64,000 nucleotides of DNA, from assembly GCA_003246755.1 (NCBI GenBank), contig QKDC01000102.1, positions 32,804-96,803 on the forward strand, given 5' to 3'. The DNA is from Gemmatimonadota bacterium. Its GTDB lineage: Bacteria; Gemmatimonadota; Gemmatimonadetes; Gemmatimonadales; GWC2-71-9. Of this stretch, positions 26,568-36,763 are shown in pieces (the first letter of the stretch is position 1; each line of letters begins with the position of its first letter). Under the pieces are notes generated by a model. The model was not told the DNA's origin and made no database searches. It saw only the letters and a program-made list of their open reading frames with translations. The position numbers and the translations under genes are program-made.

Positions 26568-27946
26568 AACTCGAACCGTTCCCCATGCCGCGGAACGATG
26601 ACCTCACCAACCCCCTCCTCCTCCAGGATCTTGGCCATGGCGAGGGCCGGCCCGGGCTCTCCGTGGACCACGAATGCGCGCCGGATCGGGCCACCCAACT
26701 GCTGCACCCACTCACGGAGTTCATCCTTGTCGGCATGGGCAGAGTACCCGTCGAGGGTCTCTACCTCGGCTCGAACCGGAACCATGTCTCCGAAGATCTT
26801 GATCGGGTCCTGGCCCTCTTGGATCCGACGGCCCAGTGTGTGTTCGGCGAGAAATCCGACAAACAGCACGAGGTTACGGTGGTCACCGACGTGGTTGGAC
26901 AGATGGTGCAAAATCCGTCCGGTTTCCGCCATACCTGAGGCGGAAATGATCACGGCCGGCCCGTTCAGAGAATTGAGCCGTTTCGACTCTTCGACGTCTC
27001 GCGTGTAGTGCACGAGGGGGAAGTCGAGGATTTCGCTGGTCTGGGAGACGAGATGCTCACGCCGATCGAAGACCTCGGGGTGCATCCGAAAGACCGTCGT
27101 GGCCTCCACGGCGAGAGGACTGTCGATGAAGATTGGGATGTTGGGAATGGTGCCTTTGCGATACAAGGCGTGAAGAGAGTAGACGATCTCCTGGGTTCGT
27201 CCCAGTGCAAAGGCGGGAATGAGCACCTTCCCCCCCCGCGCAGCGACCCGGGCCACGAGCTCACCGAGTTTCGTCTGACTGCCTTCAGTCGACTCGTGTG
27301 TCCGGTCACCATAGGTCGATTCGATGATGAGGGTGTCGATGGGACCGGAGGGAGGATGCGGGTCCCGAATGATCGGGAGACCCGACCGGCCAATATCTCC
27401 CGAGAAGAGCAGTCGGTGCCCTGGAGGTTCGGTCAAACGGATGTCGACGGAGGCCGATCCCAGGATATGGCCGGCCTCGGCGAACTCGAACCGGAGGTGT
27501 TTCCGCAGATGCTGGACCCGGCGATAGGGGACACCCAACATGAGATCCTGAACTGCCAACGCGTCGGCCATGGTGTAGAGTGGCTCGCTCTCGGGACTCG
27601 CGCGCTTCCGCCTCGCGAGGTACTCCGCGTCGCGCTCTTGGATGGATGCAGAATCCCGGAGCATCACAGCACAGAGGTCACGCGTGGCCGGAGTGGCATA
27701 GATCGGTCCGTGAAATCCGTGCCGCACCAGGAGCGGAAGTCGTCCGCTGTGATCGATGTGGGCGTGGCTCAGGATCACCGCATCGAGCCGACGCGCATCG
27801 AACGGGAGTTGACGGTTCTTCTCCGAGGCTTCCTTCCGCCGTCCCTGGAAGAGTCCCGCATCCAGAGCGACCCGAGCACCCGCTGCCTCGAGCAGATGCA
27901 GCGATCCGGTGACTTGGCCCGCGGCCCCCCAGAAGGTCAGTTGCAT
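26564..27946 (-). CDS. MBL-fold beta-CASP RNA-metabolising hydrolase
   Basis: ATG 27946 gives MQLTFWGAAGQVTGS. HAHIDHSG motif and beta-CASP and C-terminal RMMBL-like regions. The longer track start overlaps upp. Confidence 0.85.
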   Translation of the reverse strand: MQLTFWGAAGQVTGSLHLLEAAGARVALDAGLFQGRRKEASEKNRQLPFDARRLDAVILSHAHIDHSGRLPLLVRHGFHGPIYATPATRDLCAVMLRDSASIQERDAEYLARRKRASPESEPLYTMADALAVQDLMLGVPYRRVQHLRKHLRFEFAEAGHILGSASVDIRLTEPPGHRLLFSGDIGRSGLPIIRDPHPPSGPIDTLIIESTYGDRTHESTEGSQTKLGELVARVAARGGKVLIPAFALGRTQEIVYSLHALYRKGTIPNIPIFIDSPLAVEATTVFRMHPEVFDRREHLVSQTSEILDFPLVHYTRDVEESKRLNSLNGPAVIISASGMAETGRILHHLSNHVGDHRNLVLFVGFLAEHTLGRRIQEGQDPIKIFGDMVPVRAEVETLDGYSAHADKDELREWVQQLGGPIRRAFVVHGEPGPALAMAKILEEEGVGEVIVPRHGERFEL

Positions 27947-27956
27947 ACGCGACTCG

Positions 27957-28601
27957 TCAACGGGTACCGAAGATCCGATCGCCAGCGTCCCCGAGTCCGG
28001 GCAGGATATAGCCCCGGTCGTTGAGTTGACGGTCGAGGGCGGCAGCAAAGACTGGGACGTCTGGGTGGGCTCCGGCCATCGCCTCCACGCCTTCCGGTGC
28101 AGCCACGATACAGAGGAAGCGGATTCGCTCGGCGCCGGCGGCCTTGAGACTCGCGACCGCAGCGACCGCAGAGCCACCGGTGGCAAGCATCGGGTCGACG
28201 ACCAGCCAGTCTCGGTCGGCCTCGGCGGATGGGACCTTGAAGTAGTAGCTGACGGGTTGCAGTGTGTCGTGATCCCGGAAGAGTCCGACGTGCCCGACTC
28301 GGGCGGACGGGATCAGGTGAGTGATCCCCTCTACCATTCCCAGGCCAGCGCGGAGGATGGGTACCAAGGTCAGCTTCTTCCCGGCCACCCGTTCGCCTGT
28401 CGTCTTCTCGAGCGGGGTTTCGACATCGACCTGTTCGGTCGCGAGGTCGCGCGTCACCTCGTACGTCATCAGCATGGCGATCTCGTTGACCAACTGTTTG
28501 AAGTCCTTGGTCGGGGTGGCGCGATCACGAAGAATGGCAACCTTATGCCGGATGAGAGGGTGATCCAGCACGGTGAGGTTTGGATGCGCGTGCGGAGACA
28601 T
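27957..28601 (-). CDS. upp: Uracil phosphoribosyltransferase
   Basis: 214 aa with [30 protein letters not shown], the Upp signature. Confidence 0.95.
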   Translation of the reverse strand: MSPHAHPNLTVLDHPLIRHKVAILRDRATPTKDFKQLVNEIAMLMTYEVTRDLATEQVDVETPLEKTTGERVAGKKLTLVPILRAGLGMVEGITHLIPSARVGHVGLFRDHDTLQPVSYYFKVPSAEADRDWLVVDPMLATGGSAVAAVASLKAAGAERIRFLCIVAAPEGVEAMAGAHPDVPVFAAALDRQLNDRGYILPGLGDAGDRIFGTR

Positions 28602-28642
28602 ACCGGAGAATATACCCGACGGATTCCCCGTGGTGTGGGGCG

Positions 28643-30997
28643 TTATGGTTGCAGGATCAATCCCACGAGGGTGGAGCGACCGAGACGGGGGGAGAGGTTG
28701 TCTTGAATCAAGCTTGCGTCATTGGCCGGATTGTCGACTCGCATGAACGCCGACACATCACCGGCGACTCGGTAGCCCAGTGCGACATAGGGTCGCAGAA
28801 CGCCTGGGTACTCCTCCCAATAATCCCGAACCCTGGCCCGGATCGGTGCCGTACCGGTTGACGATGCCTTGAGCGCCGTCCAATCGTACCCGATCCATGG
28901 TCCGAGCCATGACCCACCGATTTCCGCCTGGAATCGACCGCCATCGTAGCGAACGGACAGCGCACCGACGTTCGAGGGGACTTCGAGGAGTTGATCTCCA
29001 GGCTCGAGATCACCGGTGTAGCGGGGGGCAAGCTCACGGACCTCACTGTCCGTGAGGTAGAACAAACCCGTCACTGCTACGCGCCGCCACCGCATACCGG
29101 CTTCGAATTCTATGCCGCGATTGGCGATCGCGCCGACATTCTGGAACTGGTACCCCCGGGTGGCCCCGTCGGACCTGACCTGGACCTGTTGAATCAGATC
29201 GTTCGCTCGCTGGAGGTACCCGGTGACCCGGACGTGGGCCCTGTCACCCAAGAACAATTCCACGCCCCCTTCAACTCCACTCTGGGTCTCGGGTGTGAGG
29301 TCAGGGTTGGGCTCTTGCTGGATGGTCGCCGTGGCCATCGCTCGGCTCATTCCCGGGTCGGGGGGACGAATGCCGCGACCCCACGCACCGCGCAGGCGGA
29401 GGGTGGTCTGGCCCAGGTTTCGGCTCCACGACAGCCCGGCGCTGGAAGCCCAAGCAGCACCTTGGTTGGTGCCGACACTCGAACTCCATTCTGCACGAGT
29501 CCCGCCGGTCACGACGAAATGATCTCCCAATCGCACGCGCGTTTGCCCGAAAACGCCTGTGGAGCGCAGGTCATCGTCGTAGAGCGGTAACAGGTCACGG
29601 GTGGCGAGGGTGCGACGCACCGACCTTCGGATCGTGCGGTTGCCGTGTTCGGCGCCCGCCGACAGACTGGCCTCGTTCCGCCCGAGCGCGAGGTCCAGGA
29701 CGGTGCTGTATCGGATGGAGGCACGTGATGCCGTTTCATGAGTGGCCCCGAGAGGCAGTCTTGGAGTCAGCAAGGTGGGACGAGTCTCTTCGCGTGCGCC
29801 GCTCACCCAGTGGTAGCCTGTCACCAGAGTCTGGCGCCACCGACTCGTGATCGGGTGAATGATCGAGACCCCGAATCCACGCTCTTCGAGACTGAGTGGC
29901 GGGCTCGTCTCGAGCGCAGTGACGTCGGGGATGTATCGCTCGAGACTGTACTCGTATCTGCCGGCGCGGGCGGAGGCCTGGAGTACCACCGGGCCGAGCA
30001 GGGCTTGTCCACCACCATTCGTAGTCCAGGATCGGAGCCACGCGGCTCCGTCCGGTGACCCCGACTGCGCGTAGCTCCCTGAGAGGTCGTAGCCGACGCG
30101 AGTGGCACCGCCACTCAGGCCCAGGGCGTGGTCCTGGTAGAGCACGGGCGCTGTGAGGTCGGCCCTTTCGTAAGGCCCTGCGGTGACCGCTCCTCGGACG
30201 TGGGTCGCTGCGGTCCCCGGCCGGCCCTTCCGGGTCACGATCTGGAGCACGCCATTCAGGGCATCAGGTCCGTAGAGCGCAGCGCCCTGAGGACCCCGGA
30301 TCACCTCCATGCGTTCGATGCTTCTGCCGTCGAGCAGCGTAAACAGATCGGGCGAGGCGAGTTCGACCCCATCCACATAGGTCTTGAGCGCCCGCGACGT
30401 GAAGGAACTGACCCCGCGCACCGATGTGATCTGTGCGGGTGGCCCTGCGGGACCGCGATCCCAGAGTACCACACCGGGGAGCATCGTCCTGACCAGATCG
30501 GCGACCCGGGTGTGGGACGCCTGAGCCAGTCCGTCCGCGTTGATCACCGTGACGGCGGTCGGCTGTTCCCGCTCCGGGGCTCCGGCCACCGCGCTCCCCA
30601 TCACCACGAGTTGATCCAGTCGCCGGATCCCGGTGGCCAACCGCACTCGCTCCACGGCGAGGTCGCTCGAGCCCCGGGTGACGGTGGAAACACCACGTGG
30701 CCGGCGCGGGACGATTACCACGGTCCCCTCCCGAGTTACCACGATCTCGAGCCCACTGCCCTCGAGAAGGGTGACGAGCGTCGAGCCGAGTGGTTTGGTG
30801 GTTACCGCGAGGGTGATTCGGGTCTTGGAAGGAATGATGTCGGCGCTGTAGGCCAGGGGTATTCCCTGATGGTGGCGGAGTTGGGCGAGGGCATCGCTGA
30901 GCGTGACGTTCTCCACGTCGAGGGAAACCAACCTCGCGAGCACACTGTCGACAGCATCACCCGCCTGGGCTCGGACTTGGGGCGCAGCAACCGCCAA
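28643..30997 (-). CDS. TonB-dependent receptor with N-terminal STN signalling domain (FecA-like); start uncertain
   Basis: STN-like [20 protein letters not shown], plug domain, and a beta-barrel ending in ..VGLILQP. A signal-peptide-like sequence lies upstream of the TTG at 30997 with no canonical start (see finding). Confidence 0.85.
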   Translation of the reverse strand: MAVAAPQVRAQAGDAVDSVLARLVSLDVENVTLSDALAQLRHHQGIPLAYSADIIPSKTRITLAVTTKPLGSTLVTLLEGSGLEIVVTREGTVVIVPRRPRGVSTVTRGSSDLAVERVRLATGIRRLDQLVVMGSAVAGAPEREQPTAVTVINADGLAQASHTRVADLVRTMLPGVVLWDRGPAGPPAQITSVRGVSSFTSRALKTYVDGVELASPDLFTLLDGRSIERMEVIRGPQGAALYGPDALNGVLQIVTRKGRPGTAATHVRGAVTAGPYERADLTAPVLYQDHALGLSGGATRVGYDLSGSYAQSGSPDGAAWLRSWTTNGGGQALLGPVVLQASARAGRYEYSLERYIPDVTALETSPPLSLEERGFGVSIIHPITSRWRQTLVTGYHWVSGAREETRPTLLTPRLPLGATHETASRASIRYSTVLDLALGRNEASLSAGAEHGNRTIRRSVRRTLATRDLLPLYDDDLRSTGVFGQTRVRLGDHFVVTGGTRAEWSSSVGTNQGAAWASSAGLSWSRNLGQTTLRLRGAWGRGIRPPDPGMSRAMATATIQQEPNPDLTPETQSGVEGGVELFLGDRAHVRVTGYLQRANDLIQQVQVRSDGATRGYQFQNVGAIANRGIEFEAGMRWRRVAVTGLFYLTDSEVRELAPRYTGDLEPGDQLLEVPSNVGALSVRYDGGRFQAEIGGSWLGPWIGYDWTALKASSTGTAPIRARVRDYWEEYPGVLRPYVALGYRVAGDVSAFMRVDNPANDASLIQDNLSPRLGRSTLVGLILQP

Positions 30998-31071
30998 GCC
31001 AACGGCGACGATCCAAGCGGTACGACCGCGGCAAAGCGCAGGAGGCGCCAGGCGAAGACGGGCAGAGAGAA

Positions 31072-32097
31072 CTATTGGATCACCAACGTGTCGGCGCGCT
31101 GCTGGATCTCGACACCGAGTGAGAGATTGAGGACGTCGATCGCGTCATCGAGCGCCTCACGCTGGAAAGTCCCGGTCAGGAGGCGTTCCCCGAGCGCCGG
31201 ATCGGCAATCAGAATGGTCATCCCATACCATCGGGACAATTCGGTGACCACCGAATCCAACCGTGCGTCGTCGAACACCATCCGGCCCTCATGCCAAGCC
31301 ACGAGGCGCCTGGCATCGGGAGCTCGCTGGACGCTGGGCCGGATGGCGCCGACCTCGAGTGTGGCAACGTCCATCGCCCCGAGCGTGGCACTTTCGGCTG
31401 CCGTGCCGGCTTCGCGTCGCAGAGACGCGCTCCCGGACACCACCACCACGCGGACCACGGATTCCTCGACCCGGGCTCGAACAGTGAACTCGGTGCCGAG
31501 ATCTTCGGTCACCGTTCCGGCCGCGTAGACACGGAACGGTCGATCGGCATCATGCGCGACCTCGAACCAAGCTTCTCCGCTGAGGTCGACCCGGCGCTCC
31601 GTCCTTCCGTAGTCGGCAGCCACGCGGAGTTCCGATCCCGCAGCGAGGGTGATTCGCGTCCCGTCGCCGAGGTTGATGGTTTCCTGTTGACCGGGGAGTG
31701 TGGCGAGAACCTGTGCGACGGCCGATGCCGAAGGGGCCATTCTGCGCAGCACGAATGTGGTACCGATGGCGAGGATGAGCATGGCGGCAAGGGCCAGGCG
31801 CCAAGTGTGGGGCGGGCGGACGAAGGAGAACACCGTCGAGGTCGGTACCTCGTCGAGGCGGGCAGCGACTCGACTCCATGCCCGGTCGACATCCCACTCG
31901 CCTGGGGTCGCCGCCGCCCATGTCGTGCGGAGGTGATCGAGCTCCGCCCGGTGAGCTGGATCGGCCTTGGCCCACGATTCGACCTCCGCTCGTTGGGCGG
32001 GCGATGCCTCCCCGGCGAGGTACCGGGCCAACAGATCGGGGTTCAGGGATTCGCTCATGGTCGTTCCACTCACAGCAGAGGTCGTACCAGTAGACAC
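31072..32097 (-). CDS. FecR-family anti-sigma factor
   Basis: N-terminal anti-sigma region, a central TM helix (WRLALAAMLILAIG), and a FecR domain. Sits upstream of the STN receptor. Confidence 0.85.
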   Translation of the reverse strand: MSTGTTSAVSGTTMSESLNPDLLARYLAGEASPAQRAEVESWAKADPAHRAELDHLRTTWAAATPGEWDVDRAWSRVAARLDEVPTSTVFSFVRPPHTWRLALAAMLILAIGTTFVLRRMAPSASAVAQVLATLPGQQETINLGDGTRITLAAGSELRVAADYGRTERRVDLSGEAWFEVAHDADRPFRVYAAGTVTEDLGTEFTVRARVEESVVRVVVVSGSASLRREAGTAAESATLGAMDVATLEVGAIRPSVQRAPDARRLVAWHEGRMVFDDARLDSVVTELSRWYGMTILIADPALGERLLTGTFQREALDDAIDVLNLSLGVEIQQRADTLVIQ

Positions 32098-32162
32098 CCC
32101 AAGGGTATCCGCCCCCTGACAGTGAACCCAGTGGTCCGTAAAATGCCGAAATTCAGGACATA

Positions 32163-32732
32163 TTGACCATGTCTACCCCTCGAGATCCCCTCCAGCCAGA
32201 GGTTCTCGCCCGCATCCGCGCGGGCGACAGGGAGGCGTTCGAACTGCTCTTCCGGGCCTGGTACCCCCGGCTCGCCGATTATGCCGCCCGTCTCCTTGCA
32301 AGCCGCGATGCCGCGGAGGACGCCGTTCAGGAGGTTTTTGTCGCCGTTTGGGGACGGCGGGAACGTCTCCCTGAGGGGACCAAACTCCCAGCCTACCTCC
32401 ACCGGGCGGTGAAGAACCGAGCGCTCAATCAGATCCGGAAATACAAGACCGCCAGCCGGTGGCTGGAGCAGGGAGACCATCAGGTGGCGGTCACCCCTGT
32501 TGGTGTGACCGACATGGAACATGAGGAATTGAACCAGGCCCTCCAGAGGGCACTCGACCAACTCTCACCGAGGGGCCGGGAGGTCTTCCAATTGAGTCGA
32601 GACCAAGGTCTCACGTATCCCCAGATTGCCGACACGCTGGGTATCTCGGTCAAGACAGTGGAGACCCTGATGAGCCGCGCGCTCAAGTCGCTCCGGGAGC
32701 AGCTCCTTCCAAGACTACAGGAAGACGGATAA
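32163..32732 (+). CDS. ECF (group IV) sigma-70 factor
   Basis: Region 2 (DAAEDAVQEVFVAVW) and region 4 (LTYPQIADTLGISVKTVETLMSRA). Divergent from fecR and the receptor. Confidence 0.9.
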   Translation: MTMSTPRDPLQPEVLARIRAGDREAFELLFRAWYPRLADYAARLLASRDAAEDAVQEVFVAVWGRRERLPEGTKLPAYLHRAVKNRALNQIRKYKTASRWLEQGDHQVAVTPVGVTDMEHEELNQALQRALDQLSPRGREVFQLSRDQGLTYPQIADTLGISVKTVETLMSRALKSLREQLLPRLQEDG

Positions 32733-32849
32733 CCGTACTGGGACCACCGTGTCAGGGGGCCGAGCACCAGGCAGTGTCTTCAGGGTGAACGCGTTATCGG
32801 ATGGCCTCGGTTTCGAGGACCGTGCGATCGCCAAGCCAGGAAGGTCCCT

Positions 32850-33590
32850 ATGTCAGTACGATTCGTTCGATTCGTCGGTGTGACTGTGTTCCTTGGCGGT
32901 CTGGTGACCGCTTGCGAGACCTCCACAACCGAACCGCTTCCGAGTGCCGCTGCGGACATCGAGGCCACCCTGGCGGTGATGGCCGCGGAAGCCAACAGCG
33001 CTGGGGATCATGATGCGGCTGACGGATTCAGTGGAGGCGCCCTCGCCCTCCGGCTGGGTGTTCGCCCCACCGAAATCGCGGTCTCCATCGATGGTGAGAC
33101 CGAGCGGTACCTGGCTGTCGTGGCGGGAATCGCCCACACCCTTCGGGGTGGTCCGAGCGTGCTCAAGCGATCGTTGATTGCCTGGGCACCGGTGACCGAC
33201 CGGCGTCCCACCGCGATCCTCCAAGTGAGTCTGCTGACCGACGAGGGCACTTTCGGTTTCCCCACCGACCTTACCACGGCCGTCGATCCACGAGGGCGTG
33301 CCCGAGGGACATGGGTCGACCTCGTTCACAAACTGCGGTTCGTCGCGACTTCTGGAGCGGCAGGAATCCTACTTGCCGAGGCGACGGACGGCCCGTGTGT
33401 CGGCGCTCTTTCGGAGTTGCCGGGTCTCCGATGCGTCAAAGCCACCTACGATATACACGCCGAAGGTCGGTTTGCCGCGCTGCTCGCACGGGATGCCCGC
33501 ACGGTGGATGAAGCCCGGATCATCCTCGTCCAGACTGCCGCCAGCAGAGTTCAAGGAATCCTGGTCACTCCGGTCCAGTCTCAGCCGTAG
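32850..33590 (+). CDS. Hypothetical lipoprotein
   Basis: Signal peptide with lipobox GLVTAC. No recognisable domain. Confidence 0.55.
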   Translation: MSVRFVRFVGVTVFLGGLVTACETSTTEPLPSAAADIEATLAVMAAEANSAGDHDAADGFSGGALALRLGVRPTEIAVSIDGETERYLAVVAGIAHTLRGGPSVLKRSLIAWAPVTDRRPTAILQVSLLTDEGTFGFPTDLTTAVDPRGRARGTWVDLVHKLRFVATSGAAGILLAEATDGPCVGALSELPGLRCVKATYDIHAEGRFAALLARDARTVDEARIILVQTAASRVQGILVTPVQSQP

Positions 33591-33630
33591 GACCGACGGC
33601 GATTCTCCCGTCCCCGAGGCCATCCCGTGG

Positions 33631-36258
33631 CTACTCGGCCCGGAGAACCTCAACGGGGCTTACCTGCCCGGCGCGCCACGCAGGCACAATCGCGGCCACA
33701 ACCCCCACGAGCAGTAGGGTCAGGCCGCTCACCCCAAGACTGACCGGGTCGGTCGGTGCGATCTCGTAAAGAAACGTCTCCACGATCGACGAGAGAGCGG
33801 CCGTGACGACCAGTCCTACTCCGACTCCGGCGGTCACGGGAACCACCCCGCGCCGGACGACTTCCCTCATGACCTGACGCGGTGCGGCCCCCATCGCCAT
33901 CCGGATGCCGAACTCCGCACGCCGGCGCGCCACCGCATAGGAGACAATTCCGTACACACCAATCATCCCCAGCACGAGCGCCAGTCCGGCAAAGAGACTC
34001 AGGAAGAACCGGAGTCGCAGCGGCTCCGCGAGCGCCCTTGCCACCACCCCGTCCATGGTGGTCACCCGGAAGATCGCCGCACGGGAGTCCACCTCGTTCA
34101 CCACTGCGCGAACGCTCATGACGACTGGTGCGGGGTCGGTAGAGGTGCGGAAGACCAACGCTTGAACCACCCCCGGTCTGCCTGCCTGCGCATATGGCAC
34201 GTAGTACACGACCGGGTTTTCCCCGATCATCCCGACCATCCGGGTCTCTTTGAACACCCCAACGACCGTCCGCCATTCGGAACCTCCCAGAAAGCCGGAT
34301 GCGATCCGTCGTCCGATGGGATCCTCCCCAGGCCACATGCGGCTTGCGAAGGACTCACTGACGGCTAGCACCAGGGGCGCTCCCGCGGCATCTGAGGCTT
34401 CAAAGCCGCGCCCTTTCCGGATCTCGATCCCCATGGTCTCGAAGAACCGGGGAGTGGCCCACCGAAAGAGACTGTTCGGTCGCTTGGTCCCCGTCAGATC
34501 CTCACGACCCTCGACGGTGATCGGGCCCTGCCACCCCCCATCCCGGACCGGCAGTCGGTTGGTGTAGCCCGCAGATACGACGCCGGGCAGGGTTTCGATG
34601 CGCTCCAAGACTGAACGGAAGAAGTCCAGTCGCTCCGGATCGCTCAGTTCATCGGGGCTCACCATAAGATCCATCGCCACGACGCCGGCGGGCTTGAATC
34701 CAGGGTCGAGAGCGCTGATACGTTCCACTGATCGGATGAGAAGTGTCGCCCCCACGACGAGTACCACCGCGAGCATGACCTCGAAAGCCACGAGCGTGTT
34801 GTGAGCGCGATGCGTCCCCGCACGTCCAGTCTCGGTCCGCTCTCCGCCCAACGCACCTTCGATACGACTGCTAAGCAGCCGCCGAATCGGGAAGATGGAG
34901 ACAACCCCACCCACCATGAGGGCCAGCCCGAGGGAGACCGCGAACGTGGTCCAATCCAGTGCAAGGGTGTCGCCGAAACCACCCTGGAGTGGCAACTTGG
35001 CCACGAGGGAACGGAACATGATAGCCGCCACAGCCGCGCCGGCTATTCCTGACAGCAAGGCGAGGGTGAGTGACTCGGTAAGGACCTGACGGGCGACGCG
35101 GCCACGCCCGGCACCGAGTGCGGTACGAACCGCCATCTCCTGCGTGCGGTCGGATGTACGCGCGATGAGCAATGCCGCGGTATTGGTGCAGGCCATGAGC
35201 AACAAGATCGTAACGGCACCGAGCACAAGCAGCACGGCGGGCTTCACGTCGCCGAGGAGGTATTCCCGCAAGGGAGTGACATGGGCCCCGACCGTCTTGT
35301 CCCACGCTTCCGGATAGGTGAACCGTTCACCGAGTGCAGTAGCGATGTCCTCAACGCTCTGCGCAACCGCCACCGGTGCGGCGGACGATGCGACCCTGCC
35401 CACGAGAACGAGCCAACCGTTGTTCGCATAGTTCGATGAGGCAGGATCGAGGTCGAGCGGTCGCCAGAGCCGGAACTCCGGCGTGGGAAAGTAGAAGCTC
35501 CGGGGCATCACACCGATGACCGTGGTCGAAATACCACCGAGTTGTAGCCGGGTCCCAACGACGTTGGGGTCGCCACCCAACTCCTGTTGCCAGAGCCCAT
35601 AGCTGATCACCACCACGGGTTCGGCCCCGGGTCGATCCTCGCCCGCAGCGAAGGTCCGTCCCATGAGCGGGGCCGCGCCGAGGACATCGAATAGCTCGGC
35701 AGAGGCCACCGTGGTCTCGAGGAGGGTGGTTCCGGCTTCCGTGTGGAGCAGGACCGCATCGGTCGAGAACGCTGCGAGATCATCAAAGGCCTGCCCGCGC
35801 CCCTTTACATGGTCGAACTCGACCCCCCGCCAGTTGTAGTCACTCCAGAACACCTGTACCCCGTCCTCATCGGTGACCGGGAGGGGGCGGAGCATGAGCC
35901 CATTCACGACGCTGTAGAGGGCCACCGTCGCGCCGAGCCCCAGCGCGAGTGTGAGGACGGCAACCGCAGTGAAACCTGGTTGCCGCCTGAACTGCCGGAA
36001 GGCATGTCGGATGTCGGCAGACAGGTCGCCGATCACACCGACACCCCACGCTTCCCTGACGCGCTCCTTCTGCCGAACGGAGCCACCGAAACGCCGCCGG
36101 GCCTCTTGCCGTGCCGCGGTGGGGGCCAGCCCCTCCGCCTCGAGTTTCCGTGCCTCCATGTCGAGATGGAATGCCATCTCGTCGTCGAGTTCATGCTCCA
36201 TGGAGCCAGGTCGGAAGAGCGCCTTGAGACGAAAACCGAGATCGTCGAAGAACCGCAT
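33631..36258 (-). CDS. ADOP-family duplicated FtsX/MacB-like permease
   Basis: 875 aa. The N-terminus MRFFDDLGFRLKALFRPG..ELDDEMAFHL is typical of acidobacterial duplicated orphan permeases, and there are two FtsX modules. Confidence 0.88.
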   Translation of the reverse strand: MRFFDDLGFRLKALFRPGSMEHELDDEMAFHLDMEARKLEAEGLAPTAARQEARRRFGGSVRQKERVREAWGVGVIGDLSADIRHAFRQFRRQPGFTAVAVLTLALGLGATVALYSVVNGLMLRPLPVTDEDGVQVFWSDYNWRGVEFDHVKGRGQAFDDLAAFSTDAVLLHTEAGTTLLETTVASAELFDVLGAAPLMGRTFAAGEDRPGAEPVVVISYGLWQQELGGDPNVVGTRLQLGGISTTVIGVMPRSFYFPTPEFRLWRPLDLDPASSNYANNGWLVLVGRVASSAAPVAVAQSVEDIATALGERFTYPEAWDKTVGAHVTPLREYLLGDVKPAVLLVLGAVTILLLMACTNTAALLIARTSDRTQEMAVRTALGAGRGRVARQVLTESLTLALLSGIAGAAVAAIMFRSLVAKLPLQGGFGDTLALDWTTFAVSLGLALMVGGVVSIFPIRRLLSSRIEGALGGERTETGRAGTHRAHNTLVAFEVMLAVVLVVGATLLIRSVERISALDPGFKPAGVVAMDLMVSPDELSDPERLDFFRSVLERIETLPGVVSAGYTNRLPVRDGGWQGPITVEGREDLTGTKRPNSLFRWATPRFFETMGIEIRKGRGFEASDAAGAPLVLAVSESFASRMWPGEDPIGRRIASGFLGGSEWRTVVGVFKETRMVGMIGENPVVYYVPYAQAGRPGVVQALVFRTSTDPAPVVMSVRAVVNEVDSRAAIFRVTTMDGVVARALAEPLRLRFFLSLFAGLALVLGMIGVYGIVSYAVARRRAEFGIRMAMGAAPRQVMREVVRRGVVPVTAGVGVGLVVTAALSSIVETFLYEIAPTDPVSLGVSGLTLLLVGVVAAIVPAWRAGQVSPVEVLRAE

Positions 36259-36267
36259 GGCACCTCC

Positions 36268-36603
36268 TCAGGTGGTGGCGGTCATAATGCGAATGACTCC
36301 GGCGGAAACCCGTTCCCAGTGCTCCGACTCTCGTTGGAGCTGGCGTTCCCCGGAGCGAGTGAGTGAGTAGTACCGGGCCTTGCGGTTGTTCTCGGTCGTT
36401 CGCCAGCCCGACCGGATCCAACCCTCCCGGGTGAGTCGGTGGAGGCTGGCATACAGGGACCCCTGCTGCACGCGAAGCAATTCCCCGGACATCTGCTGGA
36501 TTCGTTCCGAGATTCCCCAGCCATGCATGGGTTCGAGGGCCAGAACCTTGAGGATCAGCATATCCAGAGTCCCCTTGATGAAATCGGTCTTCTCCACGCC
36601 CAT
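36268..36603 (-). CDS. PadR-family transcriptional regulator
   Basis: 111 aa with LDMLILKVLALEPMHGWGISERI..GSLYASLHRLTREGWI, a winged-helix PadR signature. Canonical partner of ADOP permeases. Confidence 0.9.
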   Translation of the reverse strand: MGVEKTDFIKGTLDMLILKVLALEPMHGWGISERIQQMSGELLRVQQGSLYASLHRLTREGWIRSGWRTTENNRKARYYSLTRSGERQLQRESEHWERVSAGVIRIMTATT

Positions 36604-36763
36604 GGTCGCGTCTCCAGGTAGTCAGAGCTCCCCTCGGTAACCGAGAGATAATGTACCCCTAGACGCGGCGGGTACCAGAAAGGTTGCAACCAGAGTTGGG
36701 GAGACCTTGCGCAGCCCTCCTGAGCGGCCGATTCTCTGTGACACCTCCACGGAACCGAGATTC

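Noticed and set aside
32098-32162. Possible ECF-type promoter (TGAACC..N17..CCGAA) between fecR and the ECF sigma gene
   Set aside because: The match to GGAAC/CGTC-type ECF promoters is weak and I cannot distinguish it from chance without a lineage-specific model.
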